A DNA stretch of 63,694 nucleotides, the filler included, from Reticulomyxa filosa (lineage: Eukaryota > Protista > Foraminifera), in NCBI GenBank assembly GCA_000512085.1. It is 11 parts of 11 records of this genome, joined end to end, with 100 filler letters (N's around TTAATTAATTAA, not from the genome) between each part and the next. Parts side by side here need not be neighbours in the genome. Positions count along the whole stretch, not along the records: positions 55,878 to 58,158 come from ASPP01024937.1; positions 58,259 to 61,542 come from ASPP01021872.1; positions 61,643 to 63,694 come from ASPP01011153.1; 8 more parts are not named here. One strand, 5' to 3'. A program made the translations under genes and the position numbers. Position 1 is the stretch's first letter; the number at the start of each line of letters is the position of its first letter. Below, in pieces: positions 55,878-63,694 of the stretch. The notes under the pieces are model-generated. The model made no database searches and had not been told where the DNA came from. It saw nothing but the letters and a program-made list of their open reading frames with translations.

Positions 55878-57449
55878 TGGTTGCATAATGATAATAATAC
55901 TTTTGCTTGGGATCTACTGCAGCAAAAAGTATTTGCTTTTCTTGTTATTAAGAAGCTTATTGTTGCTTTTCATTTGTTGTGTATTGAGCTGTTTTATCAA
56001 ACAAATAATCAATAAAGAAACATGTTACAACGAGGAACTTAGCTATATTTTTTAATTTTATTTGTCATTATCGCAGTTAGTTCGTAATTCAATATCTTTT
56101 TGTTCTTTTAATTTCTTTTTTTATCAACTGGCATAACAAAAAAAAGTGGACGTAAGTAATCATTCGGAACGACAAGAGCGCACAACGATTCGATCATAAA
56201 ATCATTTTCGGGAAATGCGTTAACAAAATGCGTGGACGAGATTTCTTCAAGTATTTACGATAAATTTATAGATAGCGAAATTAACATTGCGCAGTATTGT
56301 TCCCGAGTATACATGATATTGCAAAAAATGAAATAATTCAAGTGGAATTTGGAATCGTAGCAATAATCGCCAAATGTGTTTTTATATAACATTTGTTTAT
56401 CCAAGCAAAAAATTTTTTTGAAATAAATTCATGCATACGTTTGCAAGCAAAATAAAAAAAATAATAGCAATTACAGCAAGATTACTGTTATACAAATATT
56501 ACCTTACAATCAAAATAAACTCTACAATCGATAAATTACTGTGCCTTGTGTAAATGATATAGACACACTAAACTTCATTTTAATTCAACTCGGAGAACAC
56601 GCATACACGAAAAGAATTAAACAGAAAATTATCAAATATCACAGTTACTTCTAACTGTTTAATGTTAAATGTGAATACATCAATATAAATAGCAATTTTA
56701 AAAAATTTCATATATAATTGTAACGGTGAAAAAGACTGCTTGATAGATGCAACAATAAGACTTAATTTCATGTTGCTATAATTGTAAATGCAGACAAAGA
56801 CAATGCAAGAATTGCAAAAAAGACCATTGAACATACGTGGAGATAACAAAAAGTGAATAGTACTGAAATATTGTAATCTAAATCATTTCGCCTTTTCACA
56901 ATTATTACCACTTGACCACTTGTAGAGAACTTGGAGCGGAAAAGCACGTTTTAAGAAAGAAGCAAAAGTGTTCAACCAAAAAACCTTAGAAGTACTATTA
57001 TTCGTTTTTTATTTTTTGTTTTTTGTTGGGAAAATTTTTTATGAAGTAGAATTTTATTAGTGCAAGCATGTTGCATTGGTAAAAAATGTATTACTGAAAT
57101 TTGTTCTGTTTCTCATTTCTATGTCACATCATATTTATTTGATCCAAAGAATGCAGAGCCTAGCTGTTGTGTATTTCCCAAAAAAAATCAGATACAAATA
57201 GGAATAGAATTAAACAAGCAAATTGTATTTAATTTTGCTTATTTCTTTTTGAATTAAAGTACTTTTCTCATGTGATAGCAACAGAGGGAAAAAGATCCGT
57301 TGCAAGTTTATCAATCCGTTTGCTCGAAACCCTTCTTTAAAAAAAAAAACTTGGAAAAAAAAAAGAAAAAAAAAAAGAAACGCTTTTTTTTTATTTAATT
57401 TTTCTGGTCGAATCATTCCAACACAACGTAAAGCTAGCCTTACTGCAAA

Positions 57450-58108
57450 ATGTCAACAGAGACAGAAGTGGAATTAAAAGTCGACGGAGGCAAAAAAGAC
57501 CTCCCCCACCCCCTCCGTCACGAGCACAATCAGGCTTGAAACAACCAGATGTAAGAAACGAGAACGCTCCACCAATGAGTGTGGGTTCAATCAGTCGCAA
57601 AGACTTACCTCCGAACAAGATGGCAATAGTGATCAACGATTCTGTGGGCAGTCGTTGCTGGTGTCTATCCTTCAAGCGTAAATCGGTGTACACACGTACA
57701 TTAGAAACAACATGCCACTGTCTGCGTCCGTGTGTGTTTATATGGCAAGTGTTGGAAGAACTCCGCTGGGTGATGAACCGAGTATTTTTATTTCGGCCGT
57801 TCGATTGGCTGCTGAGTGTGAAATTGCCAAGCATACTGCAAAACAATACCATGGATCATCTCACCCGTTGGGTCGCTATGTCGACATTCGCCGACGTTGC
57901 GGCCTTGGCTTTTTTTTATTTTATGAGATTGGAATATTCGCCAACGCGCTGAAAGACAATGGCGACATGAAGTCCACCAACACCAGCACCGAAAACTTTC
58001 GCATTTTTGGAATGGCAGTGGGCAGAGTGTCCATCAACAGCTTTGCTTTGACATGGTTTTTGGGGCAGCGCAATACTTTGTGGAATTTGTTTATGGGCTT
58101 ACCCTTTG
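57450..58108 (+). CDS. Ferric reductase/NOX-like membrane protein, N-terminal fragment
   Basis: MSTETEV...PPPPPP N-terminus, a TM helix, then GRVSINSFALTWFLGQRNTLWNLFMGLPF, the G...RN...G pattern at the start of ferric-reductase TM domains. Two 1-nt homopolymer frameshifts (57492-57497, 57910-57917). Confidence 0.65.
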
Positions 58109-58158
58109 GTAACCTTTTTTTTTTTTTTTTTTGTGTTTTTTTTTTTTTTTTTTTTTTT

Positions 58159-58258
58159 NNNNNNNNNNNNNNNNNNNNNNNNNNNNNNNNNNNNNNNNNN
58201 NNTTAATTAATTAANNNNNNNNNNNNNNNNNNNNNNNNNNNNNNNNNNNNNNNNNNNN
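58159..58258. other. Assembly gap spacer
   Basis: N44-TTAATTAATTAA-N44. Confidence 0.98.
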
Positions 58259-58427
58259 TATACATATACGTATACATATACGTATACATATATGTATATG
58301 TATATGTGTCATTCAAACTAGCATATATTGCAATTTTTGTATATTTGATGTATCTCATATGCATGTGCGATGCATGTGCGAACAATACAAGTTTTTTTGT
58401 TGCTGTTAAAAAAAAAAAAAAAAATAG

Positions 58428-60188
58428 ACGTGTGAACGTGAGTATGCCGAAATCTGCGACCGGAAGAAAATATCGGATAAAGGGCTGAAGAAGTCGAAAA
58501 ATGAGGCAGCGAAGTTGCGCAAAGAAACGAGCGACGCGGCCGAAGCGGTGGTAAAGGCCCGGAAGAAGTCGAGCGAAAAAGAGGCAGGGGGTTACAAGGT
58601 GAACGATCCGAATAACCGAGGGCCAAACATTTTGCAAAAGTTTGGAAAGGCCAAGTCCCCTCAGGATAAGGGCAAGAGTTCGCAAGACGCCGACTATGTG
58701 AAGGCGAAGAACGTCGAAAAGCAGTTTCAAGTGGCCGTGGGCAAGTACAACATGGAGCTGAGGAAATACAACGAAGAGTACGAGAAATGGAAGCAAGAGG
58801 TCATCAACACGGAGCATTTTCGAATTGAGTCGATGATGACTGTCTTTAATCAGTTGGTGTCCAAACAAAAGCAAATTCAAAATGACAAAAAACTTGGCGT
58901 TTCGTCTACACACTATAAAACAGGGATAACAATAAGGAAGGGGGGGGGGACATTATATATGTGTATATATGTTTTTTTTTTTGGTCCGTATACCCCTTTT
59001 TTTTTTTTTTTTAATAATAGCTGTTGCAACACGATATCACAGTAACCATTGACAAATTGAAGCCACAACACGAATTAGAAAAATTTGTCCATTTTTGGTA
59101 TTGTTTTCTTCGGATTGTTATATAATCCTTTTTTTTAAAAAAAAAAGAAAAAAAAATTTAGTGTGGTTCAATGGAAAAATGCAATGCGCTTGTTTAATAG
59201 CATAGAAAAGCATGGCAAATATTGTCCAATGGAAGAGCAAAAGGTGACGCTCGATCTGGAGTACAGAGATGTGTTTTTGTCAATCGAAGATGCCATGGCG
59301 GTAACCAAGGAAATGAATGCCAATGCGACCATCCCTTACATTATCCCAATGCTCTGCGAAAAGGTCAAAGAGCTCGATGGCTTTTACACTGAAGGCATTT
59401 TCCGTGTGTCTGCCAGCGCTCTCGACGTCCGAAAACTTCGAAACAAAGTTTTTTTTTTTTTTTTTTTTTTGTCTGGGATTATCTTTATCTCAAAATAAAT
59501 AAATCGAATTTATATACTTTTTTTTAACAAAAATTTTTTTGAAAAAGTAGCTGCGAACGAAGGATTTCACATTTGATGAACAAAACGTTCATATATTTGC
59601 CAATTGTTTGAAAGAGTGGCTGCGTTCGCTTGAAGGTAAAAAAAAAAAAAAAAACGCAAACAAATTATGTACATTTGTATATACAATACATATGTGTATA
59701 TGTGTCGCATTGGTTGGGAATAGATGAAGATAATAACTTATTTGTTTGTGTGGACAAACCAAACAGATCCGCTGATACCAGAATTGTATTATGATTTCTG
59801 TGTGGAAATGGCAAAAAAGGGAAAGCTTGACAAGGGCCAATTTGAAGTATTTTTCTCACAATTACCTGCTGTTAATAGAGAAACCCTCAAGTACCTTGTC
59901 AATTTTTTAAGAGAATTGATACAGCCCCAACACATCAAAGTCACGCTCATGGGAATAGAAAATATCGCAATTGTTTTTGGACCCACGCTTTTGCGCACTG
60001 AAACTCTGGCAAGTTTTTTTTTATGTTGTTTCGTTTCTTGTACTTATTTGTCCTATCCTTGTACTCGGCCAACAGTAATTTTTTGTCCAATAATAAATAC
60101 AAAATTAAAATTAAAGGATCCTGCAACTGCTATGCTGAATACTCAAGCGGAAAAAAATTTTGTCATCGCACTTATTGAAAAATCTTGA
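58428..60188 (+). CDS. RhoGAP with upstream F-BAR-like coiled coil, 3' part
   Basis: IPYIIPMLCE...TEGIFRVSA (arginine finger), FANCLKEWLRSL, DPLIP, LPAVNRETLKYL, MGIENIAIVFGPTLLR. The upstream helix (QFQVAVGKYN...EHFRIESM) resembles the end of an F-BAR domain. Confidence 0.88.
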
Positions 60189-61104
60189 CCCTTACCAATG
60201 CATATGTCTGTGTAAATGTTTGTGTTTTTGCAAAGTTTGTTATGTTTTTTTCTATGTGCACGCTTCGTGCTTTTCATGAAGATTTGGAATTAGTAAAAAA
60301 ATTATGTTGAAGGAAGCAATATTATTTTATACAAACACAAATGTCGTTTTCAATCAATCATATTTCTAAAAACTACTTTTTTCATTATTATTTTTTTTAA
60401 AAAAATGCTCAAAAGCAAAAATACTGCGATATTGCGAACGCTTATACGTATTTTGAGTATAATGTAACAACTGAAAATATTTCAAAATTTGCTTTCCAAA
60501 AATAGTTATATCGGCCTTCTCTTTTATTATAAAAATCATTTCAATTTGTTAATTGTGATGCTATGTCACATATATCAATTGCTGCCACTACTTTATATTT
60601 AATACACTTTAATTTATTGTTAGTTTTAGACATCAAGAAACTACTTTAAGTTATTATTTTTTTGTTAAATTTGGTCGATGTTAAAACAGGAAATGTATTT
60701 TTACTTTTTATGTTCTTGCATCACAATTTTTTTAAAACTATAAAAGTTAATTTCCAAAATGTGGATAAAAATTACAATTACTTTGTAATGTTGATGCGAA
60801 TGATGACATTAGTGCAATTTACTTATATTATTTATTCCAAAACATTTGGACGAACAAGATGACAAAATTTTTTATACGTGTATTAATGCAGAAAGTCGTC
60901 AAAGAAACTTTTGCGCTAATTTATTGTACACTAACACCTCTTCTCCTTTGTAAATTTATTTTATGTTACAATATTGCATGTTACATAATTTGGCAATCAT
61001 TTAGACCAAATTCGGTGCTGTTGCTATCTTGAGTAGTATGAGAGTGTTGAGCAGAAGAAACATTAGTATTCTCAAAAAGAATAAAATTGTCCTCTGTTAA
61101 TACC

Positions 61105-61642
61105 TTTCCTTGACCAAAACCAAAGTTATGTTGTGGTGCCATCTTCACGACTTGTGGCTATGGCAAATGTACAAACAGCGATTTTTTGTGAAAATAGAGA
61201 GGGATTAAAAACAATTTTTTGGGTCCTCTCTCTCCAAGATGAGAAAGCAAACATTAGGAACGGGATTATTCAAGTCGAAGGTCAGAAGTCCATTATTATG
61301 CATCCATTGAATGAGATACTTTTCAATCCAGTCGGTCCATTGATTTAGCGACAATTGCGAGTGCTTAACTTGATCAAACAGGTGCTGCATAGACAATGCT
61401 TCCGTTTGCAACGCAGTATGCGGGATCTTTACTGCCAGCGACTTCTCTATTTGGCTGAGACGTTCATCGAACATCTGACAGTCCATATTTTGTTATTATT
61501 AGTAGTGCAAGCCAAAGAAAATGAAAAGCTTTTTTTTTTTTTNNNNNNNNNNNNNNNNNNNNNNNNNNNNNNNNNNNNNNNNNNNNTTAATTAATTAANN
61601 NNNNNNNNNNNNNNNNNNNNNNNNNNNNNNNNNNNNNNNNNN

Positions 61643-61682
<40 letters not shown>

Positions 61683-62047
61683 GTAAAAAAAAAAATTAGG
61701 GAAAAAAAAAACTTAACAACAAGCCGGATAACTATGTTGATCGCATTAAACCATTGGATACACTCTTGCTCACTGGTCACACTTAGATGCAACGTCTCGT
61801 CTTTTGTCGCAATTAAAAAACCTACCCCTCGTTTGCTGTGACTAATATCTGTAGTTGTCATATTCATTATATTCTTTACATTCAATTCCGGTAATTTTGT
61901 CCTGTTCTTATCTCCGTCGACGTGACTCCATTGCAGTCGTCCGTTCTTATACAACACGAATGTTCGGCTTTTCCAACGATGTGGAAAACCTCTGGTCCTT
62001 TTCATCACAAGACCGCTTTTTTGAATTTTACCTTCTAGAGAATCCAT
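61105..62047 (-). CDS. PH-domain protein (interrupted by a gap; 3' end uncertain)
   Basis: KSGLVMKR...RWKSRTFVL...LHLSVTSEQECIQWFNAI is a PH domain (61724-62047). The same-strand exon at 61253-61500 across the gap is probably its continuation. Confidence 0.75.
61543..61642. other. Assembly gap spacer
   Basis: N44-TTAATTAATTAA-N44. Confidence 0.98.
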
Positions 62048-62683
62048 TGTCACTTGAATTTCGTGCTTCAAGTGCTGGAATCAATATTATGGGAGCTCCC
62101 AAAATTTAGTACTGCTACTTTCTAACTGACAATTTTTGTTTTTAGTTTGGATCTTAGATATGCTTTAAAATAATTGCAGAAATTTCGATTTAAACATTGG
62201 AATTTTTTTTAGCTCATTAAATTTGATTTAAACTATTTTTTCATCATATCTATAATTCACAATATTGTATCTCTTTGAAATATTAAACATTGAATGTATT
62301 GTTTCATCAAATGAACATGTTTTAAAAGCACAAACATTAACAAAAATTATCAAAATGAAGTATGTATTTTATGATCACTTAAAAATTTTTATTATTGGAA
62401 ATTGTACTATCCCCAAATACAAATAGAACCAAGCTTAACAAAGGAGTTGTGTTCAATCACGCTTTTTATTTTTATGCAAAAAAAGTTTAGAAACTTGATT
62501 AGAGTTTTTATTAAAAATCTTTTGAAATAAAAATTATTTGTAATATATAAGCCGCAGATAATGTTGAATTCTATTTTTTCATGCCGAAGTTTTTTAACAG
62601 CTCATTCATTCGTCTAAAAAAAAAGTTACATCATTTTCCATTTTAAGACAGTCTTTAGCGAAAAAAACAAAAGAAGTTGAAAA

Positions 62684-63346
62684 ATGACGATTCTTATCAA
62701 TGAGAAACAAATTTCAATACAACTGGCATTAGTAAGCTTTATGAACATTTTTTGTTTTACTTATTGTATGTAATTTGATCGAAACAGTCTATAAAAGAAA
62801 AGATTCAAATGATTATACAGTATTGGATTCGAATATTAAATATTAAATTAGGATGGATTTATGATTTTGGCAAACTTGTTGTCAATTATGTTATGTTTTA
62901 TTTTTGTTTTTATTCAAATGATAATATCACTTTCAAATATTTATTTATTAAATATGGGCCAGATGAATTAGTAAATACAATATTATCTTGATCAGACGAT
63001 AAAAGTGTTCGTTTGTGGGATATTTGATCTAGTAAACAAATTTAAGTATTCAATAGGCATAAAAGTTATTTGGATGAAGTTGAATATTCACAACTCGTAA
63101 TAAAGAATATTGAAATTAGTGTTATTTCAAATTTGATATGTTCTAGATCAAGTGATAATACAATTCGTTTTTGTGATATTCGGTCAAATAAGAATAAATT
63201 ATATTTGATCAAATGAGACACTTGAAGATATTGGAATAAAATATATTAAATTTTTGCAATTGAAAAAAAAAATTTAAAAAAATGATGATTATTGTTTCAA
63301 TTTGTGTTATGTCTCACAAAGAGGCACAATTTGTATTTGGTGATAA
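62684..63346 (+). pseudogene. WD40-repeat pseudogene
   Basis: NTILS*SDDKSVRLWDI*SSKQI*VFNRH...ICSRSSDNTIRFCDIRSNK: WD40 blades with several in-frame stops and a later frameshift. N-terminal IIQYWIRILNIKLGWI block retained; most internal repeats absent. Confidence 0.88.
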
Positions 63347-63694
63347 TATACATCTTCCGACAATGTGTAATTAAAAGGACAAAAAAGAAAATAACACTTT
63401 GATGTAATTAAACAACTGTCGTTAGACAAATTAGTGAAAATACTATTTGAAATTTTTTGTATGTTTTTATATACAAAAATTAAGTTTAAATGATAATTGT
63501 ATTACAATCTAAAAAAACAATCCATGCTTTATGCATCAACTTCTTTAAAAAAATGAAAACAGAATTTTATATCATTATCAATAGAGCTTTGATTTGTTTG
63601 ATGGGAATACATTTGAGAAAACTTGTTCAAAATGTAAATAAATGAAGTTAGTACAGTAGAATGCAAAGTAAAGTTGACACATAAAATGGCACAT

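Overview
AT-rich, intron-rich eukaryotic DNA made of 11 contigs joined by artificial 100-nt spacers (44 N + TTAATTAATTAA + 44 N). The style of the degenerate WD40 gene, the homopolymer-rich introns and the tubulin suggest a foraminiferan (Rhizaria) such as Reticulomyxa filosa; this is an inference, not proven. About 27 genes or gene fragments can be reconstructed by joining exons by eye. Recognisable ones: RBM5/10-like splicing factor, RUVBL2, deoxyhypusine synthase, LSM14/Scd6-type FDF protein, VPS13 C-terminus, neuroguidin/Lcp5, a divergent ARF, an SLC38/AAAP transporter, RPB2 N-terminus, a divergent beta-tubulin, CSL4, a sulfatase C-terminus, SEC11 C-terminus, an ankyrin protein, two ferric-reductase/NOX halves, glycerol kinase, a USP10-like protease, a RING + zf-4CXXC_R1 protein, an F-BAR-RhoGAP and a PH protein. 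There are also H2A.X-like and WD40 pseudogenes. The best candidate for an undescribed system is an intronless, kinase-less protein matching the RIOK3 N-terminal (ubiquitin/40S-binding) region, placed head-to-head about 390 bp from USP10; in animals these two proteins are reader and eraser of 40S ribosomal ubiquitylation. Other notable signals: 3' splice sites preceded by poly-A rather than polypyrimidine tracts, a secreted Kelch-propeller protein with an inserted vWA domain, and an ARF with a rewritten switch II. All family assignments come from remembered motifs; no searches were run. No RNA genes, CRISPR arrays or transposons could be supported.
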